NCBI GenBank assembly: GCA_963766735.1
Contig: CAVYBU010000004.1
Coordinates: forward strand, 1-64,000
DNA: 64,000 bases
Source of the DNA: an uncultured Chloroflexia bacterium
Lineage (GTDB): Bacteria > Chloroflexota > Limnocylindria > Limnocylindrales > CSP1-4
Direction of reading: 5' to 3'
Positions 38,232-48,757 of the stretch are shown one piece after another. The notes below the pieces were generated by a model. The model saw only the letters and a list, made by a program, of their open reading frames with translations, was not told the DNA's origin and did not search any database. Position 1 is the first letter of the stretch; each line of letters starts with the position of its first letter. The position numbers were made by a program, and so were the translations under genes.

Positions 38232-40250
38232 TCAGGCGCCGGACTTGAGCACCTGGTCTACAACGGCCAGGATCTCGTCCCCGTACTTCTCGATGCGCGC
38301 GGGACCCATGCCCTTGACCCGGGCCAGCCCGGAGAGCGTTCGCGGGCGGACGTCGGCGATGGCCTTGAGCGTGTCGTTGGGGGCGATCACGTAGGCCGGC
38401 ACGTCATCGGCGCGGGCATGGAGGAGGCGCCACTCGCTCAGCGCGGCGAAGAACGGGTCGTCCGAGCCGCCTGCCGCCGGTCGTCTGGTCTGGGGAGGCG
38501 GGCCTGGCAGGACCCGGACGCGATCCCCGGGCCGGGCGGGCCGCGGCCTGATGTCCAGCAGGAACCGGCTGGGCCGGCGCTTGCTCTCGCGCCCCCGCGT
38601 GTCACGCCGCTCCGCCCAGGACAGGACGAGGTGGAGCCTGGCGCGCGTGATCCCCACGTAGAGGAGTCTCCGTTCCTCCTCCAGCGCGTCCTCGTCGTCG
38701 ACCGCCTGGCGGATGGGCAGGGTCCCCTCCTCCAGCGCGGGCAGGAAGACCGCGTCCCACTCCAGGCCCTTCGCCCGGTGGTAGGTGAGCAGGTTGACGC
38801 CGTCTGCGGAGCCCTCCCGCTCGCGCGCGGCGCGGGCCTCCAGCTCGCCGATGACGCTCGCCGCATCGGCGGCCGGGTCCGCGCCCGTCACCGACTCCAC
38901 GATCTCGCGCAGCGTCTCCAGCGATGCCTGCCGTTCGCGAGCCTCGTCCCCCTCGGTGGCTGCCGGCTCCTCCTCGTAGCCCACGGCCTCCACCCAGCGC
39001 TCGACGATCGCGGCGACCAGGTCATCCCCGGTCCCCTCCGGCCGCGGGCTCCGCCGGAGGGCCAACATCGCTCCGCGAACCTCCGGCCGGTCGTAGAAGC
39101 GGATGCCGCGCACCTGGTACGCGATCCCCGCGCGCGTCAGGGCCTCCTCGATCGACGCCAGCTGCGCATTCATCCGGACCAGCACCGCGATCTCCGCGGG
39201 CAGGATCCCCTCGTTCATCCGGACCCGGATCCATGTCGCGAGGGCGCCCAGCTCCGCCTCTGCCGTGGCGTGCTTCGCGACCGTGGGCGCCGGGCCGTCC
39301 GGCCGCGTGGCCACCAGCCGCTTGTCACGGCCGTCCGCGGCGATCAGCCGGTTCGCCAGCTCCAGCACCTGGGGCGTGGAGCGGTAGTTGCGGACGAGGA
39401 CGACCTCCCGGGTTCCGGGCCAGCGGGCGGCGAACGTGGTGAGGTACTCCGAGGATGCCCCGGTGAAGGTGTAGATCGTCTGGTCCTCGTCCCCCACCAC
39501 GCAGACGTCGCGGCGTTCTCCCAGCCACAGCTCCAGCAGGCGCTCCTGGAGCGGGTTGGTGTCCTGGTACTCGTCCACGCTGAACCAGCTCTTCCGGGCG
39601 CGGACGGTGGCGGCCGCGTCCTCGTCCAGCTCGAGCAGCTTCACCGTCTCGACCAGCAGGTCGTCGAAATCCATCCGGTTCGCGCGTGTCTTGGCGCGTT
39701 CGTAGCCCTCGTAGGTGCGGACGAACAGGTCCACCGGGATCGGCGGCTCCCGGCCGGCGGCTGCCGCGGCCGCCGCATACTCCTTCGGACCGATCCGGCG
39801 GGTCTTCGCCCACTCGATCTCATCCGCGAGGTCCTTGGACGGCGTGAACCGGTAGTGACCGGGCAGCTGGCGGGCGAGGCGGCCGATGATCGGCAGCTTG
39901 GAGTCCAGCAGCTCCGGGAGCGGCGCGTCCTCGTGGCGAGACGCCCAGAAGTGGCGCAGCTGGCTCAGGGCGTGAGCGTGGAAGGTGCGCGCCGTGACGC
40001 CGGGGAGACCCAGCGACCGAAGCCGTTCCACCATCTCGGTGGCGGCCTTCTCGGTGAACGTGACCACCAGCACCTGGTCCGCCGGCACCACGTCCGTCGC
40101 GATCGCATACGCCGTGCGGCGGCTGATGACCCGCGTCTTGCCGGATCCGGCGCCCGCCAGGATGGCCACCGGCCCGCTCGTGGCCATGACGGCGTCACGC
40201 TGCTCGGCATCGAGGTCTTCGAGAAGGGTATCGGGATCGAGGCGCGGCAC
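38232..40250 (-). CDS. UvrD2-like SF1 helicase with C-terminal HRDC domain
   Basis: AGAGSGKT, VDEYQD, RNYRS, TYHRAKGLEW, EERRLLYVGITRA; HRDC motif VPAYVI...G.G...IEKYG. Confidence 0.92.
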   Translation of the reverse strand: MPRLDPDTLLEDLDAEQRDAVMATSGPVAILAGAGSGKTRVISRRTAYAIATDVVPADQVLVVTFTEKAATEMVERLRSLGLPGVTARTFHAHALSQLRHFWASRHEDAPLPELLDSKLPIIGRLARQLPGHYRFTPSKDLADEIEWAKTRRIGPKEYAAAAAAAGREPPIPVDLFVRTYEGYERAKTRANRMDFDDLLVETVKLLELDEDAAATVRARKSWFSVDEYQDTNPLQERLLELWLGERRDVCVVGDEDQTIYTFTGASSEYLTTFAARWPGTREVVLVRNYRSTPQVLELANRLIAADGRDKRLVATRPDGPAPTVAKHATAEAELGALATWIRVRMNEGILPAEIAVLVRMNAQLASIEEALTRAGIAYQVRGIRFYDRPEVRGAMLALRRSPRPEGTGDDLVAAIVERWVEAVGYEEEPAATEGDEARERQASLETLREIVESVTGADPAADAASVIGELEARAAREREGSADGVNLLTYHRAKGLEWDAVFLPALEEGTLPIRQAVDDEDALEEERRLLYVGITRARLHLVLSWAERRDTRGRESKRRPSRFLLDIRPRPARPGDRVRVLPGPPPQTRRPAAGGSDDPFFAALSEWRLLHARADDVPAYVIAPNDTLKAIADVRPRTLSGLARVKGMGPARIEKYGDEILAVVDQVLKSGA

Positions 40251-40379
40251 GATCCGACCATAGCAGGGGTGGCTCACTCGCGGCTCACCCCTGCCGGGCG
40301 CGTGTCGGCGCCTTCAGGCAGATCCCCGCTCAGGCAGACTCCAACTCAGGGGCCGCCCGCACCCAGCGGCCGCCTCCGC

Positions 40380-41303
40380 TCAGCGACCCGCCGCGAACGC
40401 CTCCGCCGCGGCCGAGAGGCGGGCCACCTCGTCGTCGGCCAGGACCAGGTCAGCGGCTGCGGCGTTCAGCTCGAGCTGCTCCAGCGTGCGGGCGCCGGGG
40501 ATTGCGATCGTGTTCGGGTGCGCCAGCACCCAGGCAAGCGCAATCTGTGCCGGCACCGCGTCGTGGGCGGCCGCAACCTCGCGCACGGCCTCGGCGAGCG
40601 GCTCGAATCCTCTCGTCCTGCGCGCGGGGCGCGACAAGCGTCGGAAGTCCCGGACCGCGTACCAGTCCTGGTCCGCCGCCAGGAGGCCCTGCGCCAGCGG
40701 CGAGTACGCCACCACGAGTCGGTCCATGGCGGCCGCATAGGGCACGAGATCGCTCGCCGGGCCCGGATCGACCAGGCTGAACTTGACCTGGTTGGCGATG
40801 ACTGGCGCCCGCAGCGCACGCTCGGCCTCCTGCCACTGGGCCAGCGAGTAGTTCGACACGCCCACGCGGCGCACCAGTCCCTCCGCCACCAGGGGCCGCA
40901 TCGACTGCATCACGCGCCGGACCGAGACGAAGGGATTGGGCCAGTGCGCGTAGTAGAGGTCGAGGGCGTCCTGTCGGAGGCGGCGCCGACTGCCGGCCGC
41001 CTGCCAGGCGACGATCCGCTCCGCAGGAGCGAGCGGCATCAGCTTCGTGGCGACGGTGAGCCGGGCGCGTTCCTCTGCGGGCATGCCCTCCAGGACCTCC
41101 CCGATGATCCGCTCCGAGTGCCCGGGCCCATACGCCTCGGCGGTGTCGATCATGGTGACGTCCAGCTCGATCGCCCGGCGGAGCAGCGCCGGCGCGGTCT
41201 CGCGCGCGTACGCCTCGCCGTACCCCCACTCGCGGCTGCCGAACTGCCAGGTGCCCAGGCCGATCCGCGACACGCGGAGGCCATCGATCTCGATGTCTCT
41301 CAT
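40380..41303 (-). CDS. Aldo/keto reductase
   Basis: IGLGTWQFG, IDTAEAYG, HWP, GVSNY, AYSPLAQG, IPGA. Confidence 0.9.
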   Translation of the reverse strand: MRDIEIDGLRVSRIGLGTWQFGSREWGYGEAYARETAPALLRRAIELDVTMIDTAEAYGPGHSERIIGEVLEGMPAEERARLTVATKLMPLAPAERIVAWQAAGSRRRLRQDALDLYYAHWPNPFVSVRRVMQSMRPLVAEGLVRRVGVSNYSLAQWQEAERALRAPVIANQVKFSLVDPGPASDLVPYAAAMDRLVVAYSPLAQGLLAADQDWYAVRDFRRLSRPARRTRGFEPLAEAVREVAAAHDAVPAQIALAWVLAHPNTIAIPGARTLEQLELNAAAADLVLADDEVARLSAAAEAFAAGR

Positions 41304-41383
41304 GGGTTCGAGCATATCGGCGATCGCGGGTCGAGGCAGGTGGAGGCGGGTCGAGACGCGGCACCTCCCAGCCGCTTTTCGGC

Positions 41384-41815
41384 CTACGTTCCCGTCAGCG
41401 GGTTCCGCCAGCGGATCTCGGTGAAGCGGGCAAAGTCCGTGTCGGTCGAGATGACCTCCGCGCCGTGCTCGATCGCCAGGGCCGCGAGATGGGCGTCCGG
41501 GATCAGCTTGCCGGCGGCGCGATACCGACGAACGAGATCCCCAAGGACGGCGGCATGACGATCCGTGGGCAAGGGGATCCATGCGGCAGGGGCGGCGAGC
41601 CAGTCCTCGACCAGGCTCCAGGCATCGCCCGGCGCCATCGGCTTCTTGACCACTCGCGGGTTGGTAGCGAGACGGACGAACCCGGTGAGCGACTCCCACG
41701 GCAGGCCAACCCGGCGGTTGCCGTTCAGCGCCTCCTCGAGCCACGCCGACGCTCGCTCGTGCTCCGGCGCGGCCTCGCTTGCCGCGAAGAACAGGACGTT
41801 CGTGTCGACGATCAT
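41384..41815 (-). CDS. vapC: VapC PIN-domain toxin
   Basis: MIVDTNVL, DAHLAALAIEHG, STD.DFARF. Confidence 0.92.
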   Translation of the reverse strand: MIVDTNVLFFAASEAAPEHERASAWLEEALNGNRRVGLPWESLTGFVRLATNPRVVKKPMAPGDAWSLVEDWLAAPAAWIPLPTDRHAAVLGDLVRRYRAAGKLIPDAHLAALAIEHGAEVISTDTDFARFTEIRWRNPLTGT

Positions 41816-42045
41816 CAGCGGTGCGCCGGGCCCTCGGCCAGCTCGAGCGCCTCTGCCGTGTCACGGACGTCGATGCCGATCCCCATGTCCACGGATCGCT
41901 GGCGAAACCGCTCCCGAGCTCCTGGGGCCTGAAGGCCTGCGCGCGCGAGCTCGTTCAGGGCTTCGCTCAGCCCGAGGCCTCGTTCCCGCCGGAGCCGCTG
42001 GATCGCCGCGACGACGTCGTCGTCCAGGTTCACGGTCGTGCGCAT
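41815..42045 (-). CDS. vapB: VapB-type RHH antitoxin
   Basis: MRTTVNLDDDV...SEALNELARAGL; overlaps the vapC start. Confidence 0.88.
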   Translation of the reverse strand: MRTTVNLDDDVVAAIQRLRRERGLGLSEALNELARAGLQAPGARERFRQRSVDMGIGIDVRDTAEALELAEGPAHR

Positions 42046-42195
42046 GTCCGCGAGTCTAGCATCGTGATGCGTCATCGTCGTCATCTCCATGCCGATCCGT
42101 AGGGTCGCCCACATCATCGCAGCGGCCGCTTATCCGCCGCTCAACGGGCGACTCTGTGACAGACAGGTGGCACTGGCGCGGCCCAGGATCCGCAC

Positions 42196-42429
42196 ATGAA
42201 CTGGTTCAAGCGCCAACCCGGGCCGTCGGTCAGGGTCCGGGAGCCGCACGCACGCCCGCTGGACGAGGACGCCCTCAACGCCCTGGCCTTCGCCTGCACC
42301 ACCTGCGGTCGCACGGACCTGCCGGAGGCCGGCGACTGGGACCCTCCCATCTGCCAGGAGTGCGACGCCGCGATCAACGAGGACGCAATCCGAGAGGAGT
42401 TGGACCGCGACCCGGACGGGGCCTGGTAG
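42196..42429 (+). CDS. Small C4 zinc-finger hypothetical protein
   Basis: 77 aa with CTTC-x14-CQEC. Confidence 0.6.
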   Translation: MNWFKRQPGPSVRVREPHARPLDEDALNALAFACTTCGRTDLPEAGDWDPPICQECDAAINEDAIREELDRDPDGAW

Positions 42430-42446
42430 TCCTCGCCGCACTGGTT

Positions 42447-42851
42447 CTACGACTCAGCTGTCGCGCCATCCACGGCGGCGGGGACGTCCAGCCCCAGCTG
42501 CCTCGCCAGCGCTGCGCGCACCCGTCCGCGCAGGGCGGGTTCCGTCACGAACTGTGTCCGTCCGCCGATGTCAATGGTCGTGACGCGCGAGAGGTCGATC
42601 GTGCGAACCTGGTGACAGAGGATCACCGCGCCCTTCGTCTGTCCGGCATGACCGGCTGGAATGGCAACCTCGCCCGGGTACCGAGGCGCCCTCGCCGAGA
42701 TCGGGCAGACCGTGGCCATGCCGGATCCATGGAAGGGCTCATGCGACACGACGAGCGCCCGCCGCTGGCCCCTCTGCTCGTGGCCGACGGTGCCGGGCTC
42801 GAGATCAACGATCACGATCGCCCAGCGGAGCGGAGTCACTCGACGGGCCAT
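42447..42851 (-). CDS. mazF: MazF/PemK toxin
   Basis: DLEP..GHEQRG.RRALVVS, VCPIS, LCHQVRTID..R. Confidence 0.9.
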   Translation of the reverse strand: MARRVTPLRWAIVIVDLEPGTVGHEQRGQRRALVVSHEPFHGSGMATVCPISARAPRYPGEVAIPAGHAGQTKGAVILCHQVRTIDLSRVTTIDIGGRTQFVTEPALRGRVRAALARQLGLDVPAAVDGATAES

Positions 42852-43093
42852 TCGACGGGGCCGTCCAGCTCGGCGGCGAGCGTCCCCATCTCGCGGCGGA
42901 ACTCCTCATCGCGCGCCGCGGCGGACCAGCGCCCGGCCTCCTCGCGATCCCGCACACCGCGGTAGAGGTGCTCGATCGCCATCTCCACGACCGCGTCCTG
43001 GCTCTGCGCAAGATCCCCGCGCGCCGCAAGGTCCCGCACGTGGGCCACGGCCTCCTGGCTGAGGTTGTACGTGCGCTTCGTCTTCGTGCTCAT
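42836..43093 (-). CDS. Antitoxin partner of MazF (RHH-like)
   Basis: MSTKTKRTYNLS...SQDAVVEMAIE; overlaps the toxin start. Confidence 0.75.
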   Translation of the reverse strand: MSTKTKRTYNLSQEAVAHVRDLAARGDLAQSQDAVVEMAIEHLYRGVRDREEAGRWSAAARDEEFRREMGTLAAELDGPVEWPVE

Positions 43094-43106
43094 GGACCCA
43101 ATAGTT

Positions 43107-43128
43107 ACACGTCGATCTGACGTGTCAA
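43107..43128 (-). promoter_or_regulatory. TA operator palindrome ACACGTC-N5-GACGTGT overlapping a TTGACA -35
   Basis: Perfect 7-bp inverted repeat directly upstream of the antitoxin. Confidence 0.7.
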
Positions 43129-43253
43129 TACGGACGTTCATCCGCGGGATCGGAGACCGAAGGCTCTCATGGCCGAATCCTGGCAGCCGGCGCTTGCCTG
43201 GCGCTTCCTTGGGCGACCTGGGGGCCGCGGGCACGGCGACCGGAAGCCGCCGC

Positions 43254-45357
43254 TCACTCCCCCCGGGTTGAGACCGCCGCCAGCGCGAACGGCAGCACGG
43301 GACCCGCGCCGTGCTCGCGGAGCAGGGACCCGGCAACCGTCAGCGTCCAGCGCGAGTCCACGAGGTCGTCCACCAGCAGCACCGGCCCGGACCGCACCCG
43401 CGAACCCGGACCCCCAGCCTCTGCCGTGCATTCGCGGCCTGCTGGGCGCTGTTCGCCATCTCCGCCTGCGGCGGGCCCGTCGAGGACGTCAGACATGCCA
43501 CGTACGGCAGCGCCAGCATCGAGGCCAGCCGTTCCGCGAACGCCTCCACCAGCCCCGGGCGCGTCGACCGAGGGCACGCAGGTCACCCACTCCGGCATCG
43601 GGCTCGGACGCCATCGACCCCGGATGACCTCCATCGCGGCGCCGGCCAGGTGGTCCTCGAACCGCGCGCTCGGCCCGCCATCCGAACGCCCGGCCGCATC
43701 CGAACGCCCGTGCCCGCCGCCGGCCAACCCGCGCGCCACGTCCCTCCCCCACCCCGGGTCACCGAGCATGCACAGCGCCCGCCCGATCTCGTTCGGTGTC
43801 GCGATCTTTGCCCCCTCCGGCCACTGGCGCCGGGGTTCGATGCCCCGCACGTCCCGCCGCAGGAACGCAACCGCGTCCTGCACCAGCTCCGGGGAGACGG
43901 ACCGCGGCCAGCGCACCCCGCCGTCATTCGCACAGTGGCCGCACTCCCCCGCCGAGGGGTCATTGAGCAGCCGGCCCAGGAACTCCATCCGGCAGCCCGT
44001 CGTGTCCACGTACGCCTGCATCGATGCCAGCTCCCGCCGCCGCGCCTCCAGCACCGCGGCCACCCACGCCTCGTCCTGCTCCCATGCCATCGCCGTCCGG
44101 TGGAAGCGCCCGCGCTCGCGGGCAACGGCACCATCGACCTCCAGCAGCTTGAGCGCCTTCTCGATCTGCCCGTACGGCAGGTTCACCTGCGCCTGGAGGC
44201 CGCGGATCGTCGCCGACTCGACCTTCTCCAGCGCCGCCAGGATGTCCTTCATCCGCGCCGCCGGCGGGAAGGCCGTGGACAGGAAGTACTCGGCGATCGC
44301 GTCGTCCTCGCGCCCCGACAGCAGGATCCCGTACGCCCGTTCCACCGCCCGGCCCGCGCGGCCCACCTGCTGGTAGTAGGCGATGGGCGAGCCCGGCCGC
44401 TGGTAGTGCACGACGAAACCGAGATCAGGCTTGTCGAACCCCATCCCCAGCGCCACCGTCGCCACCAGCGCCTTGAGCCTGTTCGCGAGCAGGTCTCCCT
44501 CGAGCGACCTCCCGCTCCTCGGGCGCGATGTCCGCGCTGTACGGGCGCGCGTCGATGCCCGCGGCCGCGGAGCCAGCCCGACACCCGCTGCGTGTCCGCG
44601 ACCGTGAGGCAGTACACGATCCCGGCGCCCGGCATCCCCGGCAGGTGCTCCGCCAGCCACGCGAGCCGCTCCGCCTGGTCACGCAGCGGGATCGCATCGA
44701 GGTGCAGCGTGTCCCGGGCGAGCGGGCCCCGGATCAGGGCCACGTCGTCGCCCAGCTGCTTGGCCACGTCCTCCACCACCCGGTCGTTGGCAGTGGCCGT
44801 GGTGCCGAGGATGGGCACGGCGGGCCCGAGCATCGGCAGCAGCCGGCCGATGCGCCGGTAGTCCGGCACGAACTCGTGGCCCCAGTCGCTGATGCAGTGC
44901 GCCTCGTCCACCACGAACATGCCGATCGTGCGCTGGATCGTCGGCAGCAGGCGGCCCGCGAAGTCCTCGTTGGCGAACCGCTGGGCGGACACGAACAGGA
45001 CGTCGATGCGGTCCTGCGCCAGGTCCTCCTCGATCGCCGCCCAGTCGTCGCGGTTGGCGGAGTTGATGGTCACCGCACGGAGGCCCAGGCGGTCCGCCGC
45101 ATCGATCTGGTTCCGCATGAGGCTGAGCAGCGGGCTGACGATGAGCGTCGGCCCGTGGCCTGCATCCCGGCGCACGCGCGTGGCGATCCAGTAGACGAGG
45201 CTCTTGCCCCACCCGGTCCGCTCCACGACCAGGGTGCGGGAGCCGTCCCGGACCACGGCCTCGATGGCCTCGCGCTGGCCCTCGCGGAAGCGCGGCGCCC
45301 GGCACCGAGCATTGTCTCGAGGTGGACCTGGAGGGCGTCGGGGACGGGGATCGTCAT
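43254..45357 (-). CDS. RqlH-like RecQ helicase with C-terminal PRT-like domain; several frameshifts
   Basis: RTGWGKS, VDEAHCISDWGH, ALGMGFDKPD, YYQQVGRAGR, GCRMEFL..CGHCAN, VLLVDDLVDSRWT. Pieces fall in different frames (near 45295, 44570, 44505, 43560, 43420). Confidence 0.85.
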
Positions 45358-45441
45358 CGGGTGAGGCTACCCGGTTCCCGCGTTGGGGCGTTCCAGTCGA
45401 ATGCGATCAGGCGATCCCGTCATTGCGGCGGGCGCATGCCG

Positions 45442-46392
45442 TCAGTCCTCGGCCTCGACCGGCACCGTCGTCGGCTTCTTCTGCTCGAGCACCGTCCGCA
45501 CCAGCTCCAGGGGCCGGATGCCCAGGATGAGCGTGAGCGACGCGAACACCAGCACGGAACCCAGCAGGAACGTCGGCGAGATCGACTCCGACAGGAACAG
45601 CGCGCCCCAGAGCACGCCGAAGACCGGGTTGAGGAAGGTCACCGTGCTCGTCGCCATCGGGCCGACATCGCGATTGAGGCGGAACAGGATCGGCCAGGCA
45701 ATCGCCGTGGACAGGATCGAGATGCCGAGCACCGCGACCACGGCCTCGGTGGTGATCGTCACCTCGCCCACCGATGCCGCGGCGAACGGCAGCAGCATCA
45801 GGGTGGCGGCGATGAGCTGGCCGGCTGCCAGCTGGATCGGGGGCTGCGGGCCCATACGCCGGCGGATGTAGGTGAGCGCGATCCCGTACGAGGCGGCGGC
45901 GATCGTGGCCGCGATGACACCGACGAGGGCATCGGGGGTCAGGTGGAGGCCCCCAAGGCCCACGATGATCCCAACCCCGGAGAACCCGATGGCGATCGCG
46001 CCCACCCGCCGCGCGGTCAGCGGCTGACGGGCCCAGACCACCAGGATCATCGCCGTCCACAGAGGCGTCGTCGCGTTGATGATCGAGCCCATGCCAGCCG
46101 TGATCGAGCGCTCCGCGAACGAGAACAGCGCGAACGGGATGGCCGCCATGAACAGCCCCACGAACGCGTAGTGGCGCCACGACTCCCGCATCGCCGCCAG
46201 CCGTGCCCGGCCCACGAACGGCAGCAGGATCAGGGATGCGATTGCCACCCGCAGGAACGCGACGACGAGCGCCGGCAGCTCCGGCGCCGCCATCCGCATG
46301 AACAGGAACGCCCCGCCGAAGGCCGCGCCGCAGTAGACCAATGAGGCGATGACGGCGACGTTGGGCGTCGGGGACGAGGCCGGGCGGGACAC
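45442..46392 (-). CDS. EamA/DMT transporter
   Basis: 10 TM helices; INATTPLW, VTFLNPVFG. Confidence 0.88.
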   Translation of the reverse strand: MSRPASSPTPNVAVIASLVYCGAAFGGAFLFMRMAAPELPALVVAFLRVAIASLILLPFVGRARLAAMRESWRHYAFVGLFMAAIPFALFSFAERSITAGMGSIINATTPLWTAMILVVWARQPLTARRVGAIAIGFSGVGIIVGLGGLHLTPDALVGVIAATIAAASYGIALTYIRRRMGPQPPIQLAAGQLIAATLMLLPFAAASVGEVTITTEAVVAVLGISILSTAIAWPILFRLNRDVGPMATSTVTFLNPVFGVLWGALFLSESISPTFLLGSVLVFASLTLILGIRPLELVRTVLEQKKPTTVPVEAED

Positions 46393-46499
46393 CAGAAGAC
46401 CCTAACAGCACCAGGCAAGTGCGGGAGCACCGCACAGGTCCGGGAGCCGAAGTGCCGTCCCCATCTTGCCAGCAACCCAGCATGCTGTACCATCGACCG

Positions 46500-46754
46500 A
46501 TGAAGGTGACGTTCGACCTCGATCCAGACCTGTACCGCTCGCTCAAGGTGGAGGCCGCACGCGCGGACCGGAGCGTGCGCGACGTCGTGGCGGACGCCAT
46601 CAAGGCATGGCTGGAGCACCGTGAGGAGGCCGAGGACCGGGCTTCGGCGGCAGAGGCCCTGGAGGAATACCGGCGCGACGGCGGCACCGCGGCGGCGGCA
46701 TTCTTCGAGCACCTGGCGGCCGAAGCACGCGCGGAGTACGGGTCAGATACCTGA
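46500..46754 (+). CDS. RHH antitoxin
   Basis: MKVTFDLDPDLYRSLKVEAA...VRDVVADAI..WL; coupled to relE. Confidence 0.8.
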   Translation: MKVTFDLDPDLYRSLKVEAARADRSVRDVVADAIKAWLEHREEAEDRASAAEALEEYRRDGGTAAAAFFEHLAAEARAEYGSDT

Positions 46755-47026
46755 TGCCAGGCGTCCCCTACCGTGTGGACATCGCCCCGGCAGCGTCCCG
46801 CCAGCTGCGCCGCCTTCCCCCGGGCGACGCCGCCAGGCTGCGCGGCCCCATCCTCGCCCTCGGCATGGAGCCACGCCCGCCCGGGGCCACGCGCCTCGTC
46901 GACAGCGAATGGTGGCGGCTGCGTGTCGGAGACCTGCGGGTCGTCTACGCGATCGATGACGGCACGCGGGTTGTGGTCGTCCTGCGCGCGGCGCGCCGCA
47001 ACGAGAGCACCTACCGAGACCGGTAG
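46754..47026 (+). CDS. relE: RelE/ParE toxin
   Basis: YRV.I...A..QL..L, PRP.G, WRLRVGDLRVVY.IDD. Confidence 0.9.
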   Translation: MPGVPYRVDIAPAASRQLRRLPPGDAARLRGPILALGMEPRPPGATRLVDSEWWRLRVGDLRVVYAIDDGTRVVVVLRAARRNESTYRDR

Positions 47027-47037
47027 AGGTCAGCGGA

Positions 47038-47337
47038 TCAGGCCGGTTGCCGGGGGCGGAGGAACGGCGCCGGACGCCGGCTGGACTCGTCTGGCGGCGT
47101 GGGTCCATCCCAGATGAGGGTCTCGGGGGCGATGTCGATCGCTCCCGGCCACACGAGCGTCCCGTAGTCCACACGCACCTGTCGGAACAGGCTCTCGTCG
47201 GCGGCAATCCGCTCGAACAGCGGCCCGTGCAGCAGGTCGCCCAGGTCGCGAACGACCACCTCCCCGTCTGACAGCGTCAGGCGGACGGCGCGTCCTTCCA
47301 GCGGTTCGACGGCGGCGATCTCGATCATCGCGGTCAT
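47038..47337 (-). CDS. DUF2442 protein
   Basis: V.PL....VRLT.SDG....RDL...L.GP.F...F..V.V..GT..WP...DIAPE.L. Confidence 0.85.
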   Translation of the reverse strand: MTAMIEIAAVEPLEGRAVRLTLSDGEVVVRDLGDLLHGPLFERIAADESLFRQVRVDYGTLVWPGAIDIAPETLIWDGPTPPDESSRRPAPFLRPRQPA

Positions 47338-47338
47338 G

Positions 47339-47600
47339 CTAGTCGAGGGGATCGATCGCGGCCAGCGGCAAGCTGCGCGCGCGCCCGCGCCCAGTCCTCG
47401 AGCAGCTCGCTTCTCGTGTCTCGCGGCCCAGACGCAGACCAGGGCCAAGCGCCCGAGCCGGCAGCGAGCCCGCCAGGACGATGCCGTCCACGGTGATCAC
47501 CGCCGCATGCTCCGCCGTAGCGCGCGTGGAAGTGCGGCGGAGCGTGGTCGTTGTAGTTGAGCGTGATGACGATCCCGTAGAAGCGCGAGACCTCGGGCAT
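47339..47600 (-). CDS. DUF4160 protein (multiple frameshifts; error or pseudogene)
   Basis: MPEVSRFYGIVI...NDH.PPHFHARY; later W...H..ELLEDW and IDPLD-stop in other frames. Confidence 0.75.
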
Positions 47601-47745
47601 TCGCCGGACGCTACCGGCCTGCACTCTGCCCGCGCTTATGCCGGTATTCGACGGCGCCAGACCACGCGCCCTTGACGGGGGCGCCCAAGATCAGGGAAAC
47701 GCAGCGTCCGCTCCGCAGCCGAACCCCAGGGCAGGAGGGCCCGCG

Positions 47746-48081
47746 ATGCACCCGATGACAAGCGCCGAGATCGACACGATGTTCGATGTGCTGGTCGAGA
47801 CCTGTGGCGCCGCTCCCGAGACGAGGTATGCGTTCGTCGAGGGCATCGAACGGCAGCTCGCGACGGCTGCCGCGGGCTCGACCGAGCCCGCCTCCTTCAT
47901 GATCGGCGGCTACCTGGGGCCCGGGGGCACGGTCGTCATCGATGACGACGGGATCACGGTCACCGCGATCGACGACACGCCGCGTGTGCGTACCGTGATC
48001 AAGCGCGCCAACGCATCGCTCGCCCGGCTGTACGCGAGCCTCGGGGCGACACAGGCCGAGGTACCGGGAACGGGCGGCTGA
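47746..48081 (+). CDS. Hypothetical protein
   Basis: RBS ggagg and a 111-aa ORF; its 3' end recurs at 50065 with frame and stop conserved. Confidence 0.7.
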   Translation: MHPMTSAEIDTMFDVLVETCGAAPETRYAFVEGIERQLATAAAGSTEPASFMIGGYLGPGGTVVIDDDGITVTAIDDTPRVRTVIKRANASLARLYASLGATQAEVPGTGG

Positions 48082-48216
48082 CCCAGGCGGCCCGCCCCGC
48101 GGGCGACGAGCGGCCACTCATGGACCGTCTACCGCGGGGCGCTCCGCTCGCGAGGCCGGTCAACGATGCGGAGGCCGACCGAGCGGAGGACCCGGGTGAC
48201 GTCCTCCGGGTATGGC
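47963..48216. repeat. Diverged direct repeat, copy 1
   Basis: 47963-48129 aligns ungapped to 50065-50231 (167 bp); 48145-48216 aligns to 50330-50401 (72 bp). Confidence 0.92.
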
Positions 48217-48359
48217 AGGCCTTCCAGGCGAACGCCGTGGCGTCGCGGTGACAGGATCTCGATACCGATGACAGAGCCGTCGGCGGCGTAGTTGATGCCG
48301 CGGGCGTCATCGAGGCGGACCTGGTGATCCCACGGCGCGTCGCTCAGCGTCAGGTACGC
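48129..48359 (-). pseudogene. 5'-truncated DUF2283-type gene
   Basis: AYLTLSDAPWDHQVRLDDARGINYAADGSVIGIEILSPR...; an in-frame TGA precedes AYL and there is no start codon. Confidence 0.7.
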
Positions 48360-48499
48360 TCACTTGATCCCCTCATCAACCCCCGTTCGGACGATGACGA
48401 GCACACGTCGGTGACGAAGCGAGCTGTTGGGGAGCACCAGCCCAACGGAGCCTCGGCGAGGGCCTGGCTACCACACTCTGTGCAGGTGTCCTGCCGGGC

Positions 48500-48757
48500 T
48501 CAGCTCGCCCGGACCAGCGCAGGCTGCGGGTACTCCTGAAGGACGTCCTGGGTGTCCCAGTCCGCGTCTCCACACCAGCCCTGGATCTCGTCCTTGACGA
48601 GCGTGCCGGACACGATGTCCTCGCCCTGGACGAACAGGATGCGCTTGCCAGAGGCCGCGATCGCCTCGAAGGGAGTCTGGTCATGGATGACCAGGTCCGA
48701 GAGGATCAGGCGGCCGGCGCCGTCGAGGTGATTGAAGTCAGCCTGGATCGTGATCAT
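48500..48757 (-). CDS. Small hypothetical protein, putative antitoxin/immunity protein
   Basis: MITIQADFNHLDGAGRL..., 85 aa, ATGA-coupled to the upstream gene. Confidence 0.65.
   Translation of the reverse strand: MITIQADFNHLDGAGRLILSDLVIHDQTPFEAIAASGKRILFVQGEDIVSGTLVKDEIQGWCGDADWDTQDVLQEYPQPALVRAS

Noticed and set aside
43678-43711. catccgaacgcccg, 2 copies
   Set aside because: Small in-frame duplication (GRSD x2) within the RecQ gene; no independent function evident.
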